Positions 29,589-38,936 of a DNA stretch of 64,000 nucleotides are shown piece by piece. Position 1 is the stretch's first letter, and each line of letters starts with the position of its first letter. A model generated the notes under the pieces. That model saw only the letters and a program-made list of their open reading frames with translations. It was not told the DNA's origin and did not search any database. Origin of the DNA: Patescibacteria group bacterium (GTDB lineage Bacteria; Patescibacteriota; Minisyncoccia; Phycocordibacterales; UBA9973); assembly GCA_028868715.1 (NCBI GenBank), contig JAGWUB010000001.1, forward strand, positions 247,206 through 311,205, read 5' to 3'. The position numbers and the translations under genes were made by a program.

Positions 29589-29969
29589 TTACTTCTTCTT
29601 TATAATTTCCAAAATTTTGTCTAACTTGTCATTCTCAATTGAGTCCAATCTTTTCATTAAGGTTTCGATATCTTTTTTTGCTTCTAGGTTTGTCTCATAA
29701 TCTGCATCTGCTCGTAATTCTGAATGTTTGCTTTGCAAATTCTGCCCCACCATAATTATTGATAACAGGACGAGTTGTAGAAAAGTCTGAGCTATCCATG
29801 AAATTGTAGTGGCTGTGCCTCCGTGTACTGCCTCTGGCAGGCTGATTAAGGCCAAGACCGTGAAAGCTATCGCACACCACATTGTGCCGACTATGTTGGT
29901 TATAAAAATAGCAGCTTTATCAAGCAGAGTTAATCTATCCCTATGCTCTTTGTTTACATTTCTGACCAT
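29589..29969 (-). CDS. DUF1003 membrane protein
   Basis: IIMVGQNLQSKHSELRADADYETNLEAKKDIE matches the DUF1003 ILMsQNRQ...dyevNl region. Confidence 0.6.
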   Translation of the reverse strand: MVRNVNKEHRDRLTLLDKAAIFITNIVGTMWCAIAFTVLALISLPEAVHGGTATTISWIAQTFLQLVLLSIIMVGQNLQSKHSELRADADYETNLEAKKDIETLMKRLDSIENDKLDKILEIIKKK

Positions 29970-30089
29970 AGCTTAATTATATATTAAAAATAAAGCTTAA
30001 CAAGCAAAACAGGGGAGCTAGTTGACAAAAGGGTTGATTTAGAATATACTTAGGCTACCTAACTATTAGGTAGTTAAATATTAATATAT

Positions 30090-30512
30090 ATGGCAAACAA
30101 AGGCCCAAAATACAACCTCGAAGAATTACTGCTCCTTTTTAAAAGGAGTATTCGAGATATAATTAAAAAGGAAGGATTTAAAGATGATCTTACCTTTTCG
30201 CAAGTAGAAGTTTTACGTTTTGTTGGTCTTTCTGGGAAAAGGACAATGAAGAACATCGCTGACTATTTAAAAATTACTCCACCGTCAGCCAGCCAAATAA
30301 TTTCTGAAATGGAAAAGAAAAACTTGATCAAAAGAAAAAGTGACGAAAATGACCGCAGAGTTGTATTTATCATTTTATCCGATAAGGCCAAAAAACTTTT
30401 TACTTCACTATCCGACCACAAAGATGCTGTTTTTGAAAAAATGATTTCAAAATTAAATGGTTCGGATCGAAAAACCCTTGAACGTATTATTAGAATTCTT
30501 ATTACAGAATAA
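30090..30512 (+). CDS. MarR-family transcriptional regulator
   Basis: Winged helix motif SQVEVLRFVGLSGKRTMKNIADYLKITPPSASQIISEMEKKNLIKRKSDENDRRVV. Confidence 0.85.
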   Translation: MANKGPKYNLEELLLLFKRSIRDIIKKEGFKDDLTFSQVEVLRFVGLSGKRTMKNIADYLKITPPSASQIISEMEKKNLIKRKSDENDRRVVFIILSDKAKKLFTSLSDHKDAVFEKMISKLNGSDRKTLERIIRILITE

Positions 30513-30552
30513 TTCCAGTAGTAGAATAAGTTCACTACAGGACAAACAATTT

Positions 30553-31641
30553 ATGAAACAACACATTAAAACTTTACATCATCATCCTAAACGAGTAATT
30601 ATTATTTCTTTGACAATTGCTCTTATTATAGGATTTTTAGGCTACTTGGCAATAAGTAAAAGTCGAAATTTTACTCCAAGTGATAACAGTGCATTGATAA
30701 ACCCAAACGAAAATTCTCCTTCCGTACGTAACCTTACTCTTGGATTTCTTGCTGCTGGCAGAATTAAATCTGTCTCGGTTAAAGCAGGTGATGTAGTCAA
30801 AAAAGGTCAAGTTCTAGCCACTCTCGACGCCGGAAATGTAGTGGGAGCCCTAGACCAAGCTAAAGCCTCTTATGCCATAGCCCAGGCTAATTATCAAAAA
30901 ATAATTAACGGAGCAACAGGCCCGACCATTGATGTGGCCAAAGCTACCGTGAATACCGCTAAAGTTAGTTTAAATGAAATAACCAAACAACAAGAAGTTT
31001 TAGTGAACAATGCCTATAAGTCTCTCCTTAATTCTTCCATTCAAGCGGTAGCCGTGAGTGATTATGGTGCTATCACTGCTCCAGTGATAACTGGAACTTA
31101 CGACTGTAGCAACGAAGGTGTTTACAACTTAAATACTTACACTTCCTCCAACGGTACTTCTGTATATTACACAGGTCTTGAAACGGGATCAGTATTATCA
31201 ACAAACGCTCCTAAAGCAATTGGAACCTGCGGTTTATTCTTGTCGTATCCTAGTTCAGCCGGAATACTTACACCTGTAGCTCAATTTGTTATTCAAATAC
31301 CAAACAAAAGTGCCGCAAATTATACTAGTAATTTGAACGCCTATCAGCTGGCATTACAGAATAAAGAACAAGCAATTGCCGGAGCACAAGCAACTCTTGA
31401 CCAAGCCAATGCAAATTTAACTTCCATAGTAACTACTGCTCGCCCCGAAGACGTAGCTACGGCTCAAGCTCAAATGGAAAATGCCAACGGAGCACTAAAA
31501 ATCGCACAGGCAGCCTATGACAACACAATTATCGTAGCTCCTGCTGATGGAACTGTGACTTCAGTGGCGATTACTCCCGGACAGATAGCGGTGCCAAATG
31601 CGTCGGCTATAGAATTTATCAGTAATAGTTCTTCAAATTAA
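30553..31641 (+). CDS. membrane-fusion (HlyD-like) protein, N-terminal type: TM helix, lipoyl half and long alpha-hairpin
   Basis: Motifs GRIKSVSVKAGDVVKKGQVLATLD and IVAPADGTVTSV with long coiled-coil segments. I chose the internal ATG at 30553, after the marR stop. Confidence 0.65.
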   Translation: MKQHIKTLHHHPKRVIIISLTIALIIGFLGYLAISKSRNFTPSDNSALINPNENSPSVRNLTLGFLAAGRIKSVSVKAGDVVKKGQVLATLDAGNVVGALDQAKASYAIAQANYQKIINGATGPTIDVAKATVNTAKVSLNEITKQQEVLVNNAYKSLLNSSIQAVAVSDYGAITAPVITGTYDCSNEGVYNLNTYTSSNGTSVYYTGLETGSVLSTNAPKAIGTCGLFLSYPSSAGILTPVAQFVIQIPNKSAANYTSNLNAYQLALQNKEQAIAGAQATLDQANANLTSIVTTARPEDVATAQAQMENANGALKIAQAAYDNTIIVAPADGTVTSVAITPGQIAVPNASAIEFISNSSSN

Positions 31642-31646
31642 AAGTT

Positions 31647-32297
31647 ATGGAAAAAGAAACAAAACAAACTGCAAAAAATGTACACCTTTTTAAAAGGCCT
31701 TGGATGCATAGTCTGATCGCCTTTTTAGTTATCTTTGGATTACTCTCAGTATTTTTGTTTTGGCAGGCAAATCGAAACACAGTTTATATTGAAAATGCAG
31801 ACCTAGAGGCGCCAATCATAAACTTAACTGCTTCTTCACCTGGAGTGTTAAATGCTTTATACGTCAAAGAAGGGGACAATGTGGCAGCTAATACTCAGAT
31901 AGCCTTAGTTGGTTCACAAATTATTTCTACTCAAAATGCTGGAGTGGTAGCTTCAGCGCCAATGTTACTTGGGGCATACTTTATGCCGGGACAAACCGTA
32001 GTATCCATCGTCAACAATCAAGAAATGAAAGTGGTCGGACAAATAGAAGAAACTAAAGGATTGAGTGATTTAAAAGTAGGACAAAAAGCAGCTTTTTCTG
32101 TGGATGCTTTTCCTGGAAGAATGTATGAAGGCCTAGTGTCTGAAATTAGTCCTGTCTCAAATGACAATGGTATTATTTTTTCTATTTCGGATCAACGTCC
32201 AATCAAAAAATTTGATATTAAAGTAAGCTTTAAGGTGGCAGACTATCCTGAGTTAAAGAGTGGTATGTCTGCCAAGATAACAGTTTATACTAAATAA
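31647..32297 (+). CDS. membrane-fusion (HlyD-like) protein, C-terminal type: TM helix, lipoyl, beta-barrel and membrane-proximal domains
   Basis: Motifs GVLNALYVKEGDNVAANTQIALV, VVGQIEETKGLSDLKVGQKAAFSVDAFPGRMYEGLVSEISP. Confidence 0.65.
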   Translation: MEKETKQTAKNVHLFKRPWMHSLIAFLVIFGLLSVFLFWQANRNTVYIENADLEAPIINLTASSPGVLNALYVKEGDNVAANTQIALVGSQIISTQNAGVVASAPMLLGAYFMPGQTVVSIVNNQEMKVVGQIEETKGLSDLKVGQKAAFSVDAFPGRMYEGLVSEISPVSNDNGIIFSISDQRPIKKFDIKVSFKVADYPELKSGMSAKITVYTK

Positions 32298-32302
32298 AAA
32301 AT

Positions 32303-33799
32303 ATGGAAGGGCTCGATGACAAAAAAAAAGGATCCAACCTGCGTTGGTGGATATTACTTACCGTTATAATTGGAACTTTTTTAGGTCGCCTAGATCAAAC
32401 GATAGTGAACTTGGCTCTGCCAAAAATCATTAATGATTTTGGCATTTCGGTTACCGCGGCTGGATGGATAGCTACAGCTTATATTTTAGCTAATGCTGTT
32501 TTCGTGCCGATTTGGGGTAAATTGGGCGATACTATTGGAAGAAAAAAAGTTTACATTATTGGTTTCAGTATTTTTATTTTCGGTTCTGTCTTGGCGGGAC
32601 TTTCATGGAATCTTTCTTCAATGATTGTCTTTCGGGTGATTCAAGCTATAGCCGGATCAGCTGATTATCCGACAGCCATGGCGATATTAGCCGTGACTTT
32701 CAAAAATGGAAAAGAACGTGCGCAAGCACTCGGCATTTGGTCCTCTTCTTTCGCCGCCGCGGCTGTTTTTGGACCACTTTTAGGTGGTCCTTTGATAGAC
32801 AATTTTGGCTGGCGTTCAGTTTTTCTAATCAATCTTCCAATTGGTATTTTAGGTATCATCATGGCCGTTCGTTTTATCAATGAATCACGTTCAGAACAAA
32901 AAACCACATACTTTGATTGGTGGGGATCGCTTTCATTGGGAGGTATGCTTTCTATGTTGGTGCTCGTTTTAGACAAAGGATTAACTTGGGGTTGGTTTTC
33001 AACCGCAAGTCTAATATGTTACTTTTTGATAATTTTCCTCTTGTGGTTATTTATCAGAATAGAAAAAAATGCCAAAGACCCGATTGTGGATTTGCGTTTT
33101 TTCAAAATTCCTGCTTTTGTCAATACTCTGATTAATAACTTTATTGTTTTTATGGGTATGATTGGCGGAATTTTCTTGATACCTATATTTGCGCAAACGT
33201 TTCTCGGGTATACCGCTACTCAATCAGGATATCTTTTTATTCCGATGGCTGCAGCCTTGATGCTAGCAGCTCCAATAGGAGGCGCACTGACTGGGCGAGT
33301 CCAAGCGCGCTACGTGATTTTTGCCAGTACCTTGGTGGCAGCCATCGGTATTTATTTCTTCTCCTTTCTTGATCCCAAGTCCGGTGCTCTGGCTATAATA
33401 ATTCCGCTTTCGGTCATGGCTTTTGGTCTTGGTTTTGGAATGGCGCAACGAACGAATGTTATTGCTTCCGTAGTAAACCCAAATGAAATCGGCATTGCTT
33501 CTTCAATTTTGGCCCTAGCTCGCAATATTGCTGGCGCTTTTGGAATTGCTATTTTTGGAACAATTTTAACAAACCGAGTTTATACAAACGTAATGTCTAT
33601 AAACAATTTTAGCGTTATTCGTAGTACCAATCCGATTGATATAAGTAAATACGTTGGACTAGTAGAACTAAAAGCTCAAGTCAATGCTTACAACTATGTT
33701 TTTTTGGTTGCATCCATTATAGTTTTTGTCGGAGCCTTTGCGGTGCTCTTTATGAAAATTAAACATGAACGCACGGATATAACTGTGCACGTAGAGTAA
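32303..33799 (+). CDS. MFS drug:H+ antiporter, DHA2 (EmrB/QacA-like, 14 TM helices)
   Basis: Motifs LPKIINDFGISVTAAGWIATAYILANAVFVPIWGKLGDTIGRKKVYIIG and VFRVIQAIAG. 498 aa. Confidence 0.85.
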   Translation: MEGLDDKKKGSNLRWWILLTVIIGTFLGRLDQTIVNLALPKIINDFGISVTAAGWIATAYILANAVFVPIWGKLGDTIGRKKVYIIGFSIFIFGSVLAGLSWNLSSMIVFRVIQAIAGSADYPTAMAILAVTFKNGKERAQALGIWSSSFAAAAVFGPLLGGPLIDNFGWRSVFLINLPIGILGIIMAVRFINESRSEQKTTYFDWWGSLSLGGMLSMLVLVLDKGLTWGWFSTASLICYFLIIFLLWLFIRIEKNAKDPIVDLRFFKIPAFVNTLINNFIVFMGMIGGIFLIPIFAQTFLGYTATQSGYLFIPMAAALMLAAPIGGALTGRVQARYVIFASTLVAAIGIYFFSFLDPKSGALAIIIPLSVMAFGLGFGMAQRTNVIASVVNPNEIGIASSILALARNIAGAFGIAIFGTILTNRVYTNVMSINNFSVIRSTNPIDISKYVGLVELKAQVNAYNYVFLVASIIVFVGAFAVLFMKIKHERTDITVHVE

Positions 33800-33817
33800 T
33801 TTATTTTTTTAATATTT

Positions 33818-35356
33818 CTAGGCGAAGCCAGGGAAGAAATCAATCTTTATATTTTTTCTTTTTACTCCCATAGACCTGAGTGTGTCTTCAAACGCAGTAA
33901 CCATACCACGTGGTCCCGAAATATAAAAAGTTTTATTAAGATAATCAGAAACTTCTCTTTGGATAATTCGTGCATCAACAAAGCCATTGTACATAAAGCT
34001 GCCAACGGGCACCTCGCCCTTATCAGTGACGGCATAAATAGTTTTTATGCCGAGTTCTTTTTGGGCTTTATCAAATACCTCTTTATAGGCTATGTCGGAA
34101 ACTTTTTTATTTGAATAAAGTAAGGTAATATCTCTTTTTTCATTATTATCCAATAAATATTGGATCATACTTCGGAAAGGCGTGATGCCGATACCGCCGG
34201 CGATAAATACCAACCCTCTCTTTTCAGTTGTTGGCAAGACAAAGTCTCCAGACTTTTGAGCAACGACTATTTCTCCCAATTTTGGTAATGCCAATAATCT
34301 ATTTTTAAAACTACTCGGCTCAGGATAGAATTTTACTCCTAGATGTATTTCCGGTTCTGTGGGCGATGAAGCTAAAGTAAAGTAACGACGATTACCACGC
34401 GTATCGGGGCTACGATGCTTGAGTGTCCATTCCATATATTGCCCAGGTCTAAAATTAAACTTTTTATCTTTGTAAAAAATAAAATCAAATGTATCTGTAC
34501 CTACTTTTACACGTTCTTTCAACTTTAGAAAAAGTTTTTCCTTTGGACTGACGATATAGGCAAAAATGTTTCCCACCACCAAAGCCAGTTCTGGCGTAGA
34601 ATAAAATGGCCCGATTTGTAGTGCTGGGGCAGACAAAATACCCACCAATACACCAAAAGCCATACGCCACCACCTAGTGGTGGGAGAGGTGAGTGGTTCC
34701 GTTAACATCACAAAAGCAAAGAAAAGTATGGCTGTATTGTCTAGGGTTGATATCAAAGTATGGACAATATTTTGGGCACTCGCTCCTTTTTGTGCTGACA
34801 AGATGATAATTGTGGTTATTACAGAAATTAAGAAACTAAAAAACAAATCCCAATGACGAAGTTTTCTTATAATTAAAAATCCACCTATAATCACGACAGG
34901 CAACATTGCCGGCGTTCCGATCCACCAACTAGCGGATTGATTTATGGTGAAGGCCACTAGAACAAGAGCAATCGCCGCAGGGTTAAAAATATGTTTTCTC
35001 CCAATTGCAAAAATATACTTTGAAGCCATCGCCCATACGCTAGCCCAAAATGCTAGTGGTAAAAACTGTGAGTACACACCACCTTGAGCGGGGGTGATAA
35101 TAAAAAACAAAATTAAAGCCGTTATATAAATAGATTCTACGTTGGTCGGAGCTTCATAGACATAAGCAAAGATAATATTGGTTATGTAAGATACCAATAA
35201 AATAATCAAAAAAGATGCCATTAGATCAATGGGTGTATACGGTAAAAACTTGAAGATTGATAGAACCACAGCGGAACCCAAAAAGAAACACAGAACATAA
35301 AGAACTATGCGATACATCGTTATTCTATTTAGAAAATTGTCTATGAAATTAAGCAT
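33818..35356 (-). CDS. polytopic membrane protein (about 270 aa, 7-8 TM helices) fused to a cytoplasmic ferredoxin-NADP reductase-like FAD/NAD(P)-binding domain
   Basis: FAD site RRYFTLASSP (RxYS/T). NAD site GGIGITPFRS (GxGxxP). The C-terminal motif is YISGPRGM. The hydrophobic N-terminal half contains HIFNPAAIALVL. Confidence 0.7.
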   Translation of the reverse strand: MLNFIDNFLNRITMYRIVLYVLCFFLGSAVVLSIFKFLPYTPIDLMASFLIILLVSYITNIIFAYVYEAPTNVESIYITALILFFIITPAQGGVYSQFLPLAFWASVWAMASKYIFAIGRKHIFNPAAIALVLVAFTINQSASWWIGTPAMLPVVIIGGFLIIRKLRHWDLFFSFLISVITTIIILSAQKGASAQNIVHTLISTLDNTAILFFAFVMLTEPLTSPTTRWWRMAFGVLVGILSAPALQIGPFYSTPELALVVGNIFAYIVSPKEKLFLKLKERVKVGTDTFDFIFYKDKKFNFRPGQYMEWTLKHRSPDTRGNRRYFTLASSPTEPEIHLGVKFYPEPSSFKNRLLALPKLGEIVVAQKSGDFVLPTTEKRGLVFIAGGIGITPFRSMIQYLLDNNEKRDITLLYSNKKVSDIAYKEVFDKAQKELGIKTIYAVTDKGEVPVGSFMYNGFVDARIIQREVSDYLNKTFYISGPRGMVTAFEDTLRSMGVKRKNIKIDFFPGFA

Positions 35357-35358
35357 TT

Positions 35359-36109
35359 TTATATCTTTGTGTAATTATTAAAACCCTTGGTCATTGTGGC
35401 TATACCATTTTTATCAATTGAGTATCCCTCAAATCCACTCAATTTTTCTATGAAAAATATACCATTTTTACCCATAGCAAAAGCTGCGGTCGCATATTTG
35501 TCAGCTTCCAGAATATTTGGTCCGACAACCGTTATACTTACTATGTCCTTTAAATGATCATTTTTATCCTTGGGATTGTATACGTGTTCTCCGCGAATAT
35601 AGTTGCCAGAGGTGGCTATACCATTATCAGTTAAATAAACTTTTTTTTACAACCTCTCTTTTTTTATTAAAGGGGTTTTGAATGCCAATGCACCATGGTT
35701 CATTTTTATCATTTTTACCGCATGCTTGGATGTCTCCTCCTGCTTCTACATAAAAATTTTTAATACCATGACCCTTTAAAATATTACTGGCATTAAAAAT
35801 AGACCAACCTTTTACCATCCCCGAAGGATCATAAGCTCCTGTTGGGGTAACAATATCAAAATACCCATCTGTTAATTCTTTAGTTTCCTCTGAAAGCCTA
35901 AAGACTGTTTTCATATCCTCGCTCCAGTCTCTCTCATTTATTTTTTTATTGTTAATTGCCGTAATCTCACTATCTTCTTTATAGGTGCTGAATTTTTCAT
36001 CTACATATTTAAAATAATTAAAAACCTCATCAAAAAACTCCTGTTTTGCCTCGGAGTCCCTAACCTCAAGAATAACGGGTGTACCCATAATGATTTGAAC
36101 CTGCTTCAT
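35359..36109 (-). pseudogene. apbE: ApbE-family FAD:protein FMN transferase, interrupted by a +1 frameshift at an A8 homopolymer
   Basis: The N-terminal ORF 35627-36109 (MGTPVILEV...AGGDIQACG) is ApbE-like. The downstream region 35359-35640 encodes the ApbE C-terminus (SITVVGPNILEADKYATAAFAMGKNG) in the -1 frame. The frames meet at the T8 tract at 35641-35648 on the plus strand. Confidence 0.75.
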
Positions 36110-36115
36110 TTTTAT

Positions 36116-36619
36116 TTAATTTAATGCTTGCGAGAGAGCACTTGCTAAAGACTCACGAAATGCGGCACTCGTGAATGATGCTCCAGAAACAGTGTCTACG
36201 TTAGAACCTTGCGCAGTAATAGCCTCACTGATTAGGTATGGCATTGCGAATGAATTTATGCGAATTGAATTCTGTCTATCTTGTGGGTAGTCTAAAAATT
36301 GTACATCGGTGATTTTGCCACCAGAAATTATAGCTTTGACTTGCACATTGCCATAGGTCGCATCTGCCACACTACCGGTATAACTTCCGTTTTTATACTT
36401 TCCAGTATTTGCGATAGGTGTCTGTGTTGGTTTTGGTTTTGTAGAAGTGGGGGATTTTGTTGTCGTTGTATTATTGTATTGTGGGAGCGATAAGGTAACG
36501 TTTGGCTTGTTGGGCTCAGGTGCCAAGGTAACTGGAGCTTCCGTTCCAATGATACGTACATATAATACATATGCCGTAAACGTGAATATTAACAATAAGG
36601 ATAAGGCCGCTTTTTTCAT
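36116..36619 (-). CDS. exported FMN-binding domain protein (ApbE flavinylation substrate; NqrC/RnfG-like FMN_bind)
   Basis: N-terminal signal or anchor, a Thr/Pro-rich linker, then the FMN_bind pattern GSYTGSVADATYGNVQVKAIISGGKITDVQF...AQGSNVDTVSGASFTSAAF. DTVSGAS matches the Dxx(s/t)gA(s/t) flavinylation motif. Confidence 0.75.
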   Translation of the reverse strand: MKKAALSLLLIFTFTAYVLYVRIIGTEAPVTLAPEPNKPNVTLSLPQYNNTTTTKSPTSTKPKPTQTPIANTGKYKNGSYTGSVADATYGNVQVKAIISGGKITDVQFLDYPQDRQNSIRINSFAMPYLISEAITAQGSNVDTVSGASFTSAAFRESLASALSQALN

Positions 36620-36665
36620 AAGTTTTATTATATCACATACCCAATAATGAAATTGGGCCTAATTT

Positions 36666-37844
36666 TTAATCTTCTACGTGAAAATCTGAGTTATCAGATG
36701 ATGACCTAGGGGATTCTATGCCAGGTGTAGTTTGATGGTTTTCATTTTCCAATAGATTATCATCTTCAATATCTCCTCCATTATCAACACCCATATCATC
36801 TTCAATTTCTCCTTTTATTACATTAGATAGCATCAATAATTTTATTGAATTAACGTCAGTTATGACTAGTTGAAATCTATTAATTGCATTTGCGTAATCA
36901 CTGGAAGTCATAAATGTTTTACCTTCCTGTAAAGAAGTTTCTGCTAGCGCAAGCTTGCTATCAATCTGAGTTTGTATATTTGTTGAAAGTTTTAATTTTT
37001 CTTTTTGGTACGAAAGTTTTATTAAATTTAATAAATTTTCTGCCGCAGTTTGTTTACCAAGCGCAGAAGCAGAATCTGGTGTCGTTGATGTAGCAGAGCT
37101 ATCTCCTTCATTTACCCCAAGGTTTAAATCAAACTTTGCTTGGCCGTCCATCTCTTTATTCTTAGACTCCTCTAGGGTAGAAACCAATTTGTCAGTTTCA
37201 TTTTTAGTTTCTGTGTTAGTATTCGACTGCTCTGAAAGATTTTTTAATACATCTTGATAAGCCCTAAGAGAAGCCTGCAATCTTATATTTAAATCAGAAG
37301 AATTTCTAGATTTATCTTTTTCCAAAGCAAGCTCATTTGCGCTTGTGTTAAATTCATCAATCTGACTTTTTATTTTAGTTTCCAAAATAACTCTTTTGGA
37401 TTCGTCAAAATTATTTCTAGCAACAAGCTTTTGGGCTTCTTTGAGCCTACGTTCCACCAGTCTTTCTCGCCATTCTGTTTTTTCTTCTTTTGTTAAAGCA
37501 AATATACCAGCGACTGGTTCATTCACGGATGTTTTTATTCCGTAAAGTAGATCACCAGGCACAGCCCTTTCTGCAAAAGCAGAAGTACCACCAGTGATAA
37601 TGATAATAAGAATTACGATAAATGCGGGAACAAATTTACTTTTATTATTCATAAAATTGTATTTTTTTATGTTTTGATAATAATAATATATACGACTTGT
37701 ATTTGATTTTACTATATTGTCATGCGTTAAATTTTGAACGGGAGAAACTTTATCGAGCAAATTAGTGCGCATTAATGCCTTCTCACTTTCAGTGAGTTTA
37801 ATATTTTTTACCGCCTTAATTATAGATTCAAATTCTTTATCCAT
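36666..37844 (-). CDS. putative anti-sigma factor (single TM helix, extracytoplasmic coiled-coil, acidic C-terminus)
   Basis: It overlaps the ECF sigma stop by 8 nt. TM helix FVPAFIVILIIIITGG. The remainder is long, helical and low-complexity. Confidence 0.5.
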   Translation of the reverse strand: MDKEFESIIKAVKNIKLTESEKALMRTNLLDKVSPVQNLTHDNIVKSNTSRIYYYYQNIKKYNFMNNKSKFVPAFIVILIIIITGGTSAFAERAVPGDLLYGIKTSVNEPVAGIFALTKEEKTEWRERLVERRLKEAQKLVARNNFDESKRVILETKIKSQIDEFNTSANELALEKDKSRNSSDLNIRLQASLRAYQDVLKNLSEQSNTNTETKNETDKLVSTLEESKNKEMDGQAKFDLNLGVNEGDSSATSTTPDSASALGKQTAAENLLNLIKLSYQKEKLKLSTNIQTQIDSKLALAETSLQEGKTFMTSSDYANAINRFQLVITDVNSIKLLMLSNVIKGEIEDDMGVDNGGDIEDDNLLENENHQTTPGIESPRSSSDNSDFHVED

Positions 37845-38355
37845 TTTTATTATCTACATTTTTTAATAATTCTCGAAGTTTTTCTCTTGCTCGGCTTACT
37901 CTTACTGATATTGTATTTTCTCGCTCGTCCAGCAATTCAGCCATATCCTTTGGACTCATATCCTCTACATATCGTAGCACAATAATCTCTCTGTCAGAGG
38001 GTGATAATTTATCCAATAATGAAAGAAAAATTGAATAATCAAGATAAGTTTCCATGTTGTCTTTTGCCGCGATAGATTCAAAAAATCCATCAGGGAGACT
38101 ATTTTCGGTGATACTTTTACTTTTTCTCCAAAAATCAATAACGGTATTTTTTGCAACAGTATAAATAAAACTCTTATGACTGCCTACCTCCTCTTTTTTT
38201 AAATGGTTAAATACTTTTATAAAAACGTCCTGAGCAAGGTCTTTGGCCACCTCTCTATCTCCCGTCTTAAAATAGCAAAAGCGGAAAATAGCATCTCCAT
38301 AGGTGTCATAAAGTTCAATGAACATAGTTCTTTTGTTGTCTTCTTCAGTATCCAT
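37837..38355 (-). CDS. ECF-family sigma-70 factor
   Basis: Region 2 (DLAQDVFIKVFNH) and region 4 (REIIVLRYVEDMSPKDMAELLDERENTISVRVSRAREKLRELL). Confidence 0.85.
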   Translation of the reverse strand: MDTEEDNKRTMFIELYDTYGDAIFRFCYFKTGDREVAKDLAQDVFIKVFNHLKKEEVGSHKSFIYTVAKNTVIDFWRKSKSITENSLPDGFFESIAAKDNMETYLDYSIFLSLLDKLSPSDREIIVLRYVEDMSPKDMAELLDERENTISVRVSRAREKLRELLKNVDNKNG

Positions 38356-38467
38356 AGTTAATTACGATTAGTCACTTGACTTTATTACATTATAATACAT
38401 TTAGCTATTTATGCCTACAGGCTACGCAAAGTAGACAACCAGTCTTGATTTTCATATACTTATACCT

Positions 38468-38932
38468 ATGACATATAACGTTCATCCGATATTTGTTCAC
38501 TTTCCAATTGTTTTGCTTCTGCTTTATTCTATTGTAAAGATATTACCCCTTGATAAATTTTTTCCCAGAGTTTCCTGGAAGCAAATTGAACGTTTTTTAC
38601 TCGTACTAGGATTTTTAGGAGCATTGGCTGCTATTTATACTGGCGGTATTGCTAGACATTTAATCCAGCCAAATCGACAGCTGGTAGGCATGCATTCAAC
38701 TTTCGCTACGGCATCCACTTGGATTTATGGATTTTTATTATTCCTAGAAATTATTGCAATAGTAAAATCAAAGTATGCCAAATTTTCTGATGGATTATTT
38801 TCAAAACTTTTGGCGTTGGTGGGACTCATCAGTATTTCAATCACTGGTCTACTTGGGGGAGTTATCGTTTATGGAGTAACCGCTGATCCTCTCGCGGGCA
38901 TAGTCTTAAAGTTACTTGGAATTAATTTATAA
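38468..38932 (+). CDS. DUF2231-like membrane protein
   Basis: HPIFVHFPIVLLLL...AAIYTGGIARHL. Confidence 0.5.
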   Translation: MTYNVHPIFVHFPIVLLLLYSIVKILPLDKFFPRVSWKQIERFLLVLGFLGALAAIYTGGIARHLIQPNRQLVGMHSTFATASTWIYGFLLFLEIIAIVKSKYAKFSDGLFSKLLALVGLISISITGLLGGVIVYGVTADPLAGIVLKLLGINL

Positions 38933-38936
38933 TTTT

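Noticed and set aside
30457-30552. An ORF-track start of the first HlyD-like gene that overlaps the 3' end of marR.
   Set aside because: The internal ATG at 30553, after the marR stop, gives the canonical N-terminal TM helix. The upstream extension has no features.
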